Shown here: piece by piece, positions 1 to 61,479 of the stretch
Layout of the letters: every line of letters starts with the position of its first letter
Numbering within the stretch: the stretch's first letter is position 1
NCBI GenBank assembly: GCA_002269645.1
Contig: NIVC01000035.1
Span: 124,001 to 188,000 of the forward strand
DNA from: Macrostomum lignano
Taxonomy: Eukaryota
Direction: 5' to 3'
Length of the DNA stretch: 64,000 nucleotides
Position numbers and translations under genes: made by a program
The notes under the pieces: generated by a model
Seen by the model: only the letters and a program-made list of their open reading frames with translations
The model's database searches: none
Told to the model about the DNA's origin: nothing

Positions 1-669
1 TCGTTCACGCAATATTGCCGCCGACTAAGCCTCATTGTCGGCTGATGGCTAACCTATCTTTCTCTCTGATCTTCTGCCCGGTACACTGTTCAACACAATT
101 TCGCCTTGGGAAACTAATTAGCACTGCCAGGTACGTAATATACTTGGAAAAGTGAAAAAGCCCGTGTTAAGAGGTAGAATTATTACTTTGACAAGGTACC
201 GTACAGCTTTTGGTTGATTAGCATTTTTTTACTATGGCTGACTTCATCTGCTGAGCTTCTAGTAAACTCTCGGGCGTGGTTCAGATTCGATAAGAGGGAA
301 ATTGTGATTGAGATGGTTAACAGTTTTCACGCACGATCAATGCTATTGTCCGAAGATCCTTAGCTCAAGAAGAAATCCAGCTGTTTCTAACTTTGAATTC
401 GTTTCGAAGAAAGGATTGCAAGAAAATCGTCGAGACGGGACAAATCGTTGAGGGATTTAGAATTGAAAAAATTCCCTAAAGGCTTACTTCGAATATTCCT
501 TTTATAGTTTTCCCGACTGCTGAAGCCTTCCACGTCAAAGACAATTTTTATCCGCTCAGGGCAAAAATAGATTTTCCGGTTGCATTTTGGCTCTCTCGTT
601 GCATCAGCTCAGCAATAGTATTTAAGGTTTTATGCATATAAGTACAAGTAAAATGCAGACAGATACATT

Positions 670-1366
<697 letters not shown>

Positions 1367-2418
1367 GATCTGCGGCCCCGTACTCATTAAACTCCATCAG
1401 CGCTAGGCCATTTCCGCCTGTCATAAAGCTGAATGCCGTAAGTTGAGGCCGATGTGTGGGGGACTCAGAAGCTGCTCAAGATGCAGGAAATCCTATTCTT
1501 CTGGACTGCCAGGCGTCTCGTCCACTTAGCTTTGCACGATAACTGCTCAAAGGACCCCCAGTGGAGCCCCAATTTCCTTTTTGTAGATAGCCAAAATTCT
1601 AAGAAGCGAAATAAATAATCCATAAGCCATGCAGCAGTGACTTTAATTTCGCATATATTCATTCACTCAGTTTGCAATGCGCTGGCTTCTGAAATACGTA
1701 ATTTACAGCGAGTTACAATTCGATCTTAATTAACCTGCACATTTGCACACCAAGCTTTTTTGCCTCCCTCGAACGGGTTTTTGTGAGGTTAAATAGCAGG
1801 AAATTGAGACTGGGTCAGGCCATGTGGGAATTGAGCACTGAACAGCAGTTAGCCAGCAGAAGTAATCCTGTGATTTGGCGAAAATTTTAGCATTAGAAAA
1901 TTTCTTCGACGATGGACAGTCATGGCAGGCAGCCAAGTGGCTTGCTGTACGGTCCTATATGCTATGCGGTAACGAAATTATATTGCTATGAGTATGTCTC
2001 CGATACAGGAGAAGCTCAATACGCAGGGGTTACCCGCCGGTAAGGATATTCAATCACTCTCACCATTGTTTGCCTTCCGCACGGCTCTGCTCAAGCTCCC
2101 TAACCCCCCCCCCCGAAAAACCGACGGAAAGGGCCATTGTTCACATTGTAATCTCTCTTTGTTCCTATGTATATATTGAATATATACACGTAGATACACA
2201 AAATGTGCTGCACAACCATGTGAGACGCTACGGGAACCGCGTAGACAAAGGCGCGCTATCTGACTGGGTTTCACCGCGTCGCTCCAACTTATTTTTATGA
2301 TACCGGGATGTTTGACAGAACAGTATAATCTTGGGAAGCACAAGTCAGAGAAATATCTACGCTCGTAATTATCAAAGCTGATTTCATTTTATTGTAAGAT
2401 AAATACTTATTACTAGCG

Positions 2419-2661
2419 TCCCTGGTGCTGGCGCCCCTGGTGCTAAAGCCCCTGGTGCTAAAGCCCCTGGTGCTAAAGCCCCTGGTGCTAAAGCCCCTGG
2501 TGCTAAAGCCCCTGGTGCTAAAGCCCCTGGTGCTAAAGCCCTGGTGCTAAAGCCCCTGGTGCTAAAGCCCCTGGTGCTAAAGCCCCTGGTGCTAAAGCCC
2601 CTGGTGCTAAAGCCCCTGGTGCTAAAGCCCCTGGTGCTAAAGCCCCTGGTGCTAAAGCCCC
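2419..2661. repeat. 15-mer CCCTGGTGCTAAAGC array
   Basis: Direct reading. Confidence 0.95.
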
Positions 2662-3108
2662 CAGCAACCCGTTTAAAGAAGTGGCTCTCCACATGTTTGT
2701 AACAACACAATCTCTGCCTCAAATTATACGATGCATTCCTTGAGCCAGATGTCAAAAAACTATTCAGCTTAAACAATGTATTATTTTAATTTTCAACAGC
2801 ATGCGCTTCTCCTGCTTACAATGGAGACTTCATGACAGCTCAAGTCAGCTCAGAATTAATCATTCAAAAAAATCTAGTCTTTTTTTCTAACAGCTGCTCC
2901 GTGAGATTTTGAGGGCAAGGAATTAACCTGTGCTAGCCATGTAAGACTTAGCTGAGTGAGATCTCTTTGAGAGATGCACAGGAAAAATTTGTCCCGGAGG
3001 GCTGCCGCGGCCTGTTTTGGGGCAGTCGAGGCGCAGAAGTCTGGAGATAATTAGTCGGTAGAATTGGGTCTTCTTGTCAGCCGTCAGATGCAGGGATGTC
3101 CTTTTAAT

Positions 3109-3111
<3 letters not shown>

Positions 3112-3197
<86 letters not shown>

Positions 3198-3210
3198 TTC
3201 TCTTTTTCTC
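3112..3210. repeat. (CT)n
   Basis: Direct reading. Confidence 0.95.
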
Positions 3211-3736
3211 ACTAGGGCTGGACAGCGCAGCGGAGAATTTCTGCTGAAACGGTTGTAGTCTGCACATTGGGAATTTTAAGCCTGCTGCTTGGCTGATGAA
3301 AACTGCTTAACTAAGATGCGAATTTATCTTAGCGAATCTTGAAAGCATTTGCACGTGTAGTTTTATTTTGACGTTTGGGTCTTTTTCACTAAAGGGCTGC
3401 AGACTCCTAAGCTCGTATAAAACTGTACTCAGACATGTATTGTACAGAATGTTTAGGAAAAGCCTACTGGCTACCGGGAAAATTGCATCAAGAAACGTCC
3501 AGTGGCTTCAGAAAAAACTAAGCTCGTAGCAGTTTGGAAGAAGTTTGTAGTTTTCCAGATACATGTAGACCATATGCTGCAATCATTCGACGGTAGACCT
3601 TCAGTCGCTAGTATGTTCTAGACCGAGTTTCTCCAATTTTCTGGGACATTATGAGTACAATGCGTGACAGACTAACCGATTGTGAGTAAGGGGCCGCCAT
3701 CAGAAACACGAAAAATCCCATCGTCGAAACAGGGCC

Positions 3737-3893
3737 CATCACAAGCTCGAAAAGTCACATCGTCGAAAAATGGTTTAGCAGCCACCATCACAAGCTCGAA
3801 AAACACAAGCTCTAACACAAACCCTAACCCTTTTCGAGCTTGTGATGGTGGTTGCTAAGCTTTTTGACGATGTAACTTTTCGAGCTTGTGATG
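3737..3893. mobile_element. Foldback/MITE-like palindrome with a CCCTAACCC-containing loop
   Basis: Imperfect arms of about 63-66 bp (CATCACAAGCTCGAAAAG... / ...CTTTTCGAGCTTGTGATG). Confidence 0.65.
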
Positions 3894-4255
3894 CGACTCC
3901 ATGAGAAGGTTAATAAGCCTGCTGCGTTCACTTTCTATCATGGCAAGCAATCATGCCATTCTGCTGACTCCTAGCACGGACAAGTATATGTACGCAAGCA
4001 CACGCTTATCCAAGATGTACAGCTGCCCTGAATTTCACATTATCTGCTACTATACACATTCTGTGCTTTGAAGGTTAACCCTATTGGTTGTTAATTCCAT
4101 GACAAGTAACCAAGCCAATTTTCGGGGACGAGACCAAAATATTCCCAGCCTTAGACCGTCACTCTTTGTTTCCCTCCGCAGACTAAATATAGTCGACAGT
4201 CGGCAGCCACTGCGCGGTAATACTCCCTACCGCTCGCTCCCGGAAGCGCTTCAAC

Positions 4256-51300
<47,045 letters not shown>

Positions 51301-51815
51301 TGAAGAGGACTATGAGGTGGGACAGATGTAAATGACAACTGGATACGAGGGTCACTGGTGCACAGTTAAAGTATGTTAACACTTAAAAAGTGCAGCGATT
51401 CCATGACAGATTTTCTTTAGTACATTTTCAATAAAGGGGATATTTTTAGCACCAGTGGTCCTCAATACGAGCGTAAGATATTTTAGAAGACTGAAAAATA
51501 TCTGTTTAGGTGGTGCAAAACGTTTCTAAAAAAGAAAAACATTCGCATTATCAAGCAACCAGTGAAGTGTTTGTTAGTAAACTGCGTAAACACTTTTTGC
51601 TCCGTGCTTTGCTCATGCATTTTCTTTACTACTTGACAGTATTGTCCGTGGATTGGCAGCATGCGAATTTCCACCTAATCTGCTTAGAATATCGAACATT
51701 ATTTTTTTTCATTCTGGCAAAGCCAGTCCAGCTGCAGTAGGAGGATGCTACACTCGATTTTCTAAAAAATTACCTGGAGGCCGTTGAGGAATGTAAGAAT
51801 TTTCGTATCGCTAGA

Positions 51816-52080
51816 GGGGTTGTAGGTTGTAGCCCAGTGGTTAGAGCGTCGGCCTCACGACTGAAAGATCGGGGGTTCGATTCCCGATCCCACTCGAACA
51901 ATTTGTGTCCTTGAGCAAGACACTTAACTCTGCATTGCTGTAAAGGGTGCCAGTATTACTCGTAGATGGGGCAGTTGAGTGAGTGTTTGGTGACCCTCCA
52001 GTCCTACTGTTGCTGCGGCTGAGCTGTCGGTTGCATATCTGCCCACTAGGGCAGGCGCAATCAAGTGTTATTACAATAAT
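51816..52080 (+). mobile_element. SINE copy 2 (internally deleted)
   Basis: Same tRNA head and core as copy 1. Confidence 0.85.
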
Positions 52081-53701
52081 TATCGCTGGTATATTTAGTA
52101 TGTGTAAGAAACTCAATTTAGACTACTAAGAAAAGTAGACGAATAAAGAGTTGAATCGTAAAATCTTTCACATAGCCCGAAAAATGTCACAATAAAAGTT
52201 TGTGCACACTGAGAGTGGTGCGAGAGGACGGCTAGTCGCTGACGAAGGCATTTCTAAGAAAACCAAGCGTAGCGTTCTTGTACTGCAGTTGTCAATGGTA
52301 TCAAGCGATTTTTATGCTTGGAGGAAATGAAGCTGAGCGCTCAAAATTCCTCTCTGGTGGCGTTTCAAAATATCCCGATTTAGTGAGACGAGACTAAGAT
52401 TAGCAGTGTCCGCGTGTCAGACCTTTGAGCATGTTGCTGAAGCAGCAAAAACATTCCTAAAACATGCATATATTTCAGATGCACTAAATTTATTTGATGT
52501 CATAGCTGCCTATTTTCATAGATCTCTAAGAAGACAGTGAAGCACCGTCTTGCTTGTTTCCTTTGTTCATTTGTGCAATATTAGAATTAAAAAGATTGGC
52601 GTTCGTGGAAATTGACACTTCGTGACCAGCAATCAATTAGCGACATGGCAAAGTGAGTACACTCAATTTTATTTTTTTACTCGGATATCCACATGTTCAG
52701 CCTCTATAGTCTAGTAAAAGTAACTTCTAAGATAAAATTATATACATTTTGTTTGACTTGAACCATATTTTCACAGTGCCATTTTTTGTGTCCAAGTCGG
52801 CATGTGATATGCGCATTCTCACTTTGATCCGCTGCTGCATAAAATACTGTATTTTTTGTAATTAAATTGTAAATGGCAACCATCCAACTGTATTATGGAG
52901 TCACAATTTCAATGTAATTGAAACAAAAATGCCGACTATATAAGCGCTAAAATAAATCTCGTATTTTCCAGGTGCCCCACTTCGAAAAAGCCACCTAAAG
53001 TGTTCTTGCCTGCAAGGTAAAGCAATAATGTTGACTAAATAAAATGTAGCTAATCTGATCTCAGACTCTCAGAGTGTTTTTATTTATCTGAAATGCGACC
53101 AGCTGGCTGCATGGATCTTCTGACTGCACCAAACATTTAAACTGAATTTCTGACCCATTCAGAAAGTTAACAATAAAAAGGTTAGACTTCTACATGTATA
53201 GCAGTTTATCGAAATTATTACAGTATGTGTGCGTTCATTCATTCACCCCATTTTAATTCCAATAGCTAAATGGTCGATACGTTTTTACAAAAAAATTAAA
53301 GAAAACTTAATAGGAAGGACTAGCTAATTCTGTACGACTAGAACAGATCGAACAATGAAACTATAGCTCTGTGTGTGTTTAATTTCTAATCAAACTAAGG
53401 ACGTTTATTTTTCACATGACAACATTAAATTATAATTAAATTATCGACTCTCATACATGTGTCTAATATATACAACTACTAAAGTTTTAAGCAATAATTA
53501 CTGCATAAAACATGCATGAGCAGAAACACTTGGGCAATATAATTTAATAGAAGCAAAATTAAGGACGCGACGGGAAATCTTGTTTCTTAGAAATTAATCT
53601 TTAATCAGAATTAGGCCTGTCAAATGCTCATATCTTTTGATGAAATACAGCCATCTTTATCGATGCAAATTTTTAAAGCCTTAATTTATGTTTGAAAAAT
53701 C

Positions 53702-53902
53702 CAGGGACTACTCAAACACCGGGACGGGAAACTAGGAATTTTTTACGAGGCTGGTCTTCAGCAGCTGACGAGGCTGGCTGGCTTATTTTCATTAGAGCGA
53801 TGCTGCGTTACTTTGTTGTCTATGGTTATTTTCTACTGCTGCTAAAAAGACCAGCCTCGTGAAAATTTCTAGTTTCCCGTCCCGGTGTTTGAGTAGTCCC
53901 TG
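53702..53902. mobile_element. hAT-type MITE
   Basis: About 56-bp TIRs starting CAGGGACTACTCAAACACCGGGACGGGAAACTAG; 8-bp TSD GAAAAATC / GAAAAAGC. Confidence 0.88.
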
Positions 53903-54724
53903 GAAAAAGCGTGTCATTTTATACCACTTGATCGATTCGTCATGAGTTCTTAGCCTTTGGGAAATTCTAAGAAACAAATTGTACGTAACTTTCCATCTTT
54001 TAACTTATAGTGGTTTTTGGTTTAACTTGTTAAGTTGATTGAATATTTTAAGTAATATTCAAGTCCAAAGCTTGAATTCTCGGGCAATAACGTCCCAGCT
54101 CACATAGAGCGAGTATCGCTAAAACAAATTAACTTATTTGAAAGTTAATTAAACAATGTGATTTATGTAAACTTTTAAAGAAGCAAGCATAAATGACAGT
54201 GAACAATTCTAATAAAAATAATATACCTCGTAAATTGGTTCTTTAACTAACTAAATATTACATGTAGCTGGACACAACGTAATAGGTTATTTAGTACATT
54301 TATCATCTTAACTTACTAATACGTAAAAATTACTAATTCGTACTAATTCGTAAATTACTTTACTTTACTATTCGCTTTACTAATTCGTAAAAATTACTTA
54401 TACAACATTGAAACTGTGAAGAGCAAATGGAACTCAGAACTGAGTCTAAGTACAATATTGATTTAAAAGTTAGGAGTATCCTAGCTTTTGAATAAATTTC
54501 ACATCGTCGAAAAGTCTTGTTTGAAAAAGCCAAGCAACTTGTTAGAACTTGTCTCTTGTTGAGACACGTCGCATTAATATTACAGCGGAAGTGATTAGCC
54601 ACATTTTTTAGCGATGTGAAATTTCAAGTTTGTGAAATTTAGATCTTGCAAGCTACCAACGTCTTGAAAGATTCTATCAATCAGCGATGAAAGCCTTACT
54701 GACGTACTCTTATCATTAATTAAT

Positions 54725-55058
54725 ACTAATAATTAATAATAAAAATAATTGATTACGCCTGCCCCAATTCGGCCAGATGTGCGACCGACAGCTCAGCCGC
54801 AGCTATTGCGCGGCGCATCTGAAGGCTGCGTACGGCTGTTCAGTCCAAGGACTGGGGGGGGGGGGGGTCACCACACAACCTCAATTGCCCCAGCTAATGC
54901 TGGCACCCATTTTACAGCTGGGTGGACTGAAGCAATGCACAGTTAAGTTTCTTGCTCAAAAGACAAAACTGTTCCGAGTGGATCGAGAATCGAACCCCCA
55001 GACCTTTCAGTCGTGAGTTCCCAAATTCCCAAACTTCCCAAACTAGGCTACAATCCCC
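54725..55058 (-). mobile_element. SINE copy 3
   Basis: Reverse-complement match to copy 1; head partly damaged. Confidence 0.85.
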
Positions 55059-55082
55059 TTATCAATAATAAACTTATGAAAA

Positions 55083-58000
55083 CTATTTCCCGTCGTACAA
55101 TTGCTCCACAATTGTCTCTTTAGCCTCGAAGCCTGCCTGGTCGGATATCTGAGCCGTCGGTGGCGGTGGCTGAGGCTGAGCAGCTGTGGGGTCGCTGTCC
55201 AGTACGGTGACGAATCGACAGGAAATAGCGGCCAGAAGACTGCAAATCGAAGAGACGAAACAGCTGGTGCGAACTGAGCCGGTGGCCTGAGTCAGGCTGC
55301 CCATTAGGGAAGCCACCGCGAGTTGGCCAACGAATACCATGCTGCTGACCAGGGCGATGTCAGTTCCGAGGCCACGGATTCGGGACTCGGTGCTGGGACC
55401 GTCCGTGTAGGCGAACTGGAGGGCAAGTATGCAAAGAGGTTACTACGATTACTATCAATACGACTAGGTCTAGGACTACGACTACGACTAAGATTAGGAC
55501 TACGACTATGACTACGACTACGACCATGACTACGACAACGACTACGACCACAACAACGACAACGACTAAGACTAAGATTACGACTACGACTATGACTACG
55601 ACTACGACTACGACTACGACTACGACTACGGCTACAACAACTACTACTACAGCTGCCCAACTGATCTCACCAAATCGTTAAAGTGATAACTGGCCACCAG
55701 AATGTATGGCACAGTAAACAATGTTGAGTACAGCACGCCAATATTTGCTGAGCACACCAGTATGACCGGCGTTTTAGGCAGCAGGCCCATCATAAGCGCT
55801 CCGACGGAAGCGCACAGCAGGCCGCAGGTGTAAACTTTGCGGATGCCTACAAGTTTCAATAAATAGTGAAACTGCCTAAGAGGTAAGCCATTTCATGTTC
55901 GGAAAGTTTGTGCAAATTTCGCTGCAAAATGCATCAGCTATTGTCTTCTATTTTGTATGCAATAAAATTGTTGTATGCAGATATTCTTAGCCTTAAGCGA
56001 GGCCTATTGTAGGAACTATACCTACAATAATTGCCTAAGACTACCTGCATGCAACAATTTTATCACACGTATACTTCATAAGTTCATTCAAAAAAGAACA
56101 GAAAAGATATTTCACTTGTGAGTATTTGGCTTTGGATTACGGAATAAAAACAATCTAAAAATGCAACTTTTACTACACAACTACCTGTATACGAGTGTAA
56201 AATATTAATATTAATAATAATTGGTTACACCTGCCCTAATTGGGTCAGATGTGCAACCGACAGCTCAGCAGCAGCTATTGCGCGGCGAATCTGAAGGCTG
56301 CATACGGCTGCTCAGTCCAAGGACTGTGGGGTCGCCAAACACACTTTCAAGTGCCCCAGCAAATGCTGGCACCCATTTTACAGTTGGGTGAACTGAAGCA
56401 ATGTAGAGTTAAGTGACTTGCTCAAATTGTTCCGAGGTGGGTCGAGAATCGAACCCCCGACCTTTCAGTCGCGAGTCGGACGCTCTGATCATAGACTACA
56501 ACCCCTTATATAAAATAAAACAGAGTAACATCAACATGTTAAATCAAAGGAATGGTAATCTTAAATGCCCCAGATTAAATTCAATCATGGATTTTGTAAT
56601 GAAAAAAAAGATTTTTTCCTATCTTCCTGATGCATTTTTCCAAGAAATTGGCCTCCTAAAACTTACATGATCTCTGAATTTACTCTAAACTCTAAACTAA
56701 TACTTAATTGTAACTTGTAGGTAGTATCACTAGATATCATTAATCTAGCTTTTTTGCTGTCGTTCGTATAAGCCTAAGCTATAGAAGCTACTTATAACTC
56801 ACCGAACTTGTTGATCAGCCGGTCGATGACCAGCGAGTAGACGCAGCAGACCAGAGAATAGACGGACATCGCCAGGCTGCCCATCCGCACCCCAGCGTTG
56901 TACCGCTTATGCTCCGGCGACCACGGCGGACTGTCGGGATTGCCTCGATAAACGGCCTGGCCGACGAAGTCCGTGAAGAACAGCGAGTAGGACACCAGAG
57001 CCATCCAGCAGAGCAGGTTGGTCAGGCACAGAAGACGCATTGAAACCGGCATGTGCACGATTGACATCAGGTAGGTTTTCAAGCCGACCTCGCTGGGCAG
57101 CTGCTCAGCAATTGAGTCTGTGCGCCTCATCCGATGGTTCTGGGTGGAAACTGTTGCAGATATTGAGTTTTTGTAGTGGAAAATTCCCTTTGAAGTTTCG
57201 GTACATTGATTGGTTCTTTACAAATCCTTCTTGGCCTAGATTCTTAAGTTTGTTGGACATCTTGGTCAAGTCCAAGGATTAACTATTGAATACTTTCAAT
57301 ATGCTTTGACAGTGAATTAGGCTTTTCACGCCTTAGCTATTTCATCTCCAGAAGAAGTTTCAGTAAGTGTTGATTCTCACCTCCGATGGGGGCCTCGTCC
57401 GCGGGGCCTCCAGGCGTCCTGGCCGAATCCTCGCCATCCCGTTCCTGAAGCGGCACCTCCCGGACACTCGTCACAGTCGTCAGCATGCAGATGGTGAACA
57501 CCACGGCAAGCAGGCTGAATACAACTTTCTCGTGATAAAACGACGAGCCACCGCTGCCGCCTCCGCCGGCGCTCTCCCAGTCCAGCGAGCCGATCAGGTA
57601 GCCGAAGAAGCCGCCACAGCCAGCCAGCACGGTGAAAGTTGTCAGGCCTGCGGCGTGGTCCACAGCTGGCACCACGTCAAGTAGAAACGCTCTGGCCGGT
57701 GACTGGCAACCATCGCAACAGGAGTCGAGCAGAGCCACTCCCAGACAGGTGAACAGCAGGACGGCGCCAGGCGTTGATCCGATGCGCTGGTAGCGACGTC
57801 CCCCGGAGACACCTGTTCCCCCGCCGTGCGTCGCGTTGAGAGCAAAAGCTGTCGAAATATTGTAGCTATCCGGGACCACAGCCAGAATGATAGCTCCGGT
57901 CAGGATGCAGGCCGACAGTCCAATGATGAAGGGTCGCCGACGACCGAGGCTACTGCGACAGTTGTCGCTCATGGAGCCGAGCAGCGGCACTAGAAGGAAC

Positions 58001-59311
58001 CCGATGATGGGGCTGATGCACCACGACAGGGACATGAGGTAAACTGGGGTGCCCAGTTTCATCATGATTGGCGATACGAGGGCCGTCTCGGCGGCGTAGC
58101 ACAACTCGATTCCGCCAACGATTGCGCAGATGCGGAACAGCAGCAGACGGCTTGTCTGAGTGCCGCTGTGAGTGAGTGAAAGCGAAAGTAATTATGCAGT
58201 GAAGCTTTGGCATTAGAAAACTCGAGTTGATAAGCGACACTGTGATAAGCGACACTGTTTATAAGCGATACTGCGATAAGCGACACTGTGATAAGCGACA
58301 CTGTGATAAAAACTTGGAATTTGCTTGCCTAGCTTGAATAAACAATTAATTTAGCACGGCACAGACGTTTTTCTGCACTAGCTGCGCTTCTATTTTGACG
58401 GTTTTCATTATAAAATACTCTCGCACTGATAGCGTACAGCCATCTCAGATGCACTGCAAGTTGACAACTACAAGTGGCTTGGGCAGCTGCCTACATTTAA
58501 AGACTTATTGCATTGTCAAAAGATATTTGTGTCTTCTGTTTGCCTGACGGTTTTCTATTGCCTGTAGTATGCTTTTATCCAAACAGTATACTTTTTAAGT
58601 ATTAACGAGGGCAAAATCCAAACAAACGCATATAATAAAACAAGAGAAGCCTCAAACTTTATCTATCTTTACTATCTCAATTTCTAGGAAGCCAACAATA
58701 GAGACCAGAAAACTCGTTTTAGAAGTAGAGTTTTTTGGAGAACAATCGGTTAAAAATGCAAGTCCTTGGTATGAGGATGTGAACTTAAGCGCGATTTGGA
58801 AGCCGTGAGTTCAGCAACCAAACCGCTGCGAAATTCTCACTATTCAGACCCAAAATAGACAAGAAAAGCGTAATTGATCTTTCTTCCACCCCGGCCGCTT
58901 CCGCATGGGATAAATGGGGAAAAATGGGGATTTCATGTGAACTTAAGGCTCTGAAATGGAAGCGGTGGCCGATTGAGCCGGTTTCTCTATCGGATCTCTC
59001 TACTGGACCGACAATGAGAGAAGAATCGTCGAAAACCGCACCCCTCTTGCGTTGATGATTTTTTACGGGCCATATTTCGAGTTGGTTTGGTTGCTGGACT
59101 CACGGCTTCCAAATCGCGCTTAAGTTCACAACCTCTTTAAAGACTCTTGGAGGCTTAGTCCAATGGGTATCCCTCCGTTGGTGACATAGCATTAAGTATT
59201 GTCCTACCTTTCAAATTCGCCTCGAATTCGAGTAACCTGCTCTTGAAGCTTCTCAGTGATGCCCAGAGACTGCAGAACAGTCAGCGACGAGGCTGCAAAA
59301 GAGAACGCCAT
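55083..59311 (-). CDS. SLC45: SLC45-family MFS sugar/H+ symporter, 581 aa
   Basis: complement(join 59208-59311,57381-58165,56803-57150,55671-55846,55083-55415) = 1746 nt, all GT-AG and phase-matched. Motifs GIELCYAAETALVSP, GSMSDNCRSSLGRRRPFI, FTDFVGQAVYRGNP, YNAGVRMGSL, RGLGTDIAL. Paralog (A1-A4) not assignable. Confidence 0.92.
55440..55650. repeat. (ACGACT)n-type array in an SLC45 intron
   Basis: Direct reading. Confidence 0.9.
56201..56505 (-). mobile_element. SINE copy 4 (SLC45 intron)
   Basis: Reverse-complement match to copy 1. Confidence 0.85.
58222..58308. repeat. 15-mer GATAAGCGACACTGT array
   Basis: Direct reading. Confidence 0.88.
58773..59135. mobile_element. MITE in SLC45 intron 1
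   Basis: About 52-bp TIRs GAGG(A/T)TGTGAACTTAAGCGCGATTTGGAAGCCGTGAGT(T/C)CAGCAACCAAACC; no clear TSD. Confidence 0.8.
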
Positions 59312-61311
59312 CGATTGATTCGTTCGCAACTAAATCGGCTTGAGCTATAGTAGCCACCGTCAAATTGTCTGCAATTCTGAATTTTAAGAAGACCGGCTGG
59401 CTTAGATAAGCAACGGAAGCAGCTTCTGGCTAATTGGACAGCCCTTGCCGACTCAAATTATTCAGGCAGGGGGCCGCGAGCAAGGCCAGGGACAGGCAGA
59501 GCGGTTCCGTCTTTCCTTTGGCTATCCTTTTCAATCAAAAGTGAGTCCCGGATGCGCTGCTAGAAGGCGAATCGTGAGCAGAAGCTTCCCCTATTTCCAA
59601 AACCTCGCCAATTAATGCAGAGGCGCGAAAAACACCGCTAATATTGGGCAAATTTAATTCGAAACAGAAAGAGAAGGAAGAGAGTGCTAATTCCGGGTTA
59701 GGGCCTCTCTCAGCGCCTATCTGATGGGACTGCAGATGGAAATCTAGCAGCCGCCTGCATGACAAACAGTGTCGATCTAGGAGTGGGAGCCAAGATGGAG
59801 TGACGTGAATAGGAGATAGATACAGGCAAGAAATTCATCCCTCTCAGTGTTTGTACAGTGTCAGTATCTTTCTCTATAGCTTTGCTGTGAAACAGTTTCC
59901 CAGAATACAGACAGTCCACGGTTACATCTCAAGCGACGCCTCCGCCGTGTTGGAAGAAGAGAGCGGCTTTTCTTGGTCGCAGCAAAACTCTCAACAGCCA
60001 GCATGCATAAATAATGCCCTTCTCCCATTTTCGTGTCCATGCCCATCTTCATGTTGCCCCCGAGCTGTTCCATATTCTTATTGCATTTCTGTAAGACACC
60101 AAGCCGCCCCCCGAACCGTGACGGGTGACCCGAAAGCATGGCTAAGCACCGTGGGTTGTCAGTCCAGCTGCCACCGGCTGTCCAACCCCGAATTTTTTAG
60201 GGCAAATGAACGAACAAAAAATCGACCCAAACCAATTTCTGACCAGAAGAACAGGACCCATTGACGCGTTATATTATTAATGAAACATTCTTCGGAGAGT
60301 GAGCCACTTGGCCTCGTTGATTTTATTATTCTTTTCCCGCTGAGCTGGGAAACTCTGCAAAGTAAATTTATAAATTCAACAAGAGGTTTTAAAAAAGACA
60401 ATTTTTCTCTCAATAAATTGTGTTTCCTACTGCATCGATTTTATTCGCTTACTAATGATCAATATTCGCAGTCGTGTATTCGCAGAAGGGCTGCGGGCAT
60501 GCACCCTGGCGCAACGCCTTCGATGGCACCGACTCACAACCAGCCTCTGAGCACATACAAGTGCGCCAATACTGTACGCAGACACACTTACTTACTAATC
60601 GAGCACACGATCAGAGTCTACAGTTCATTATTTTGAGCAATTTAAGTACTGGTTAAAAATAAAAATAAGCTTCTGACTATACTTCTTCAGTTTGCGAATA
60701 CTATAGCATTAGTAAAGCAAAAGATATAAAGAAGAGAAGCGATGGAAGGGAGTGAATAATAAGGCCTATAATATATGGCCTGACAGACGGAGTGTCATAA
60801 ATATTTTTCTATTCTGCTTTTCTATTGTTGCTGAACCCAGTTAAAACAGAACGCGCCACATTTTTTGCTGGCTTTCGGTTTGGAAGTCTGGCTTTTTCCT
60901 TCTCCAAAATTTGTCTCCATTGTGAGCTCGTTCTCTTTCTCTTTTGTCGGCGAATAGAGATAAAAAGTCAGCCTATAGCATCCACCCACAGCCTGTGAAG
61001 TCTTTTGCCTGCAGCTGCGGTGCAACTCAGTGGTTTGAGTTCACAATGCTACCTACAGTGATAGAAGCTGTGGCTGAAATTTATGAGCACCTGCGACAGT
61101 GGCTCTGCCCTTTGCCTAAAGGCTATTTTTCTGTCAGCTTTTAGTTATTTATCTGCCATGGTAGTGCAAACTTGTGCTTGGTCCCAGTTTATGGCATTAT
61201 CAATTTTCGCAAGTCAAGAAACCGCAGATGCGTTGTTGGAAAAATATTTACATCCAGCAACATCAAGCTCAAAAATATTATAGAAGTCTCTCAGAAATAG
61301 GTCAAGCTAAA

Positions 61312-61479
<168 letters not shown>

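Noticed and set aside
2384-2776. GALAP / GFSTR repeat ORF (elastin- or collagen-like)
   Set aside because: Artefact of the 15-mer array.
52972-53016. 45-nt exon-like segment (TTTTCCAG...AAG|GTAAAG)
   Set aside because: Could join only through a weak donor at 51292, and no downstream exon was seen.
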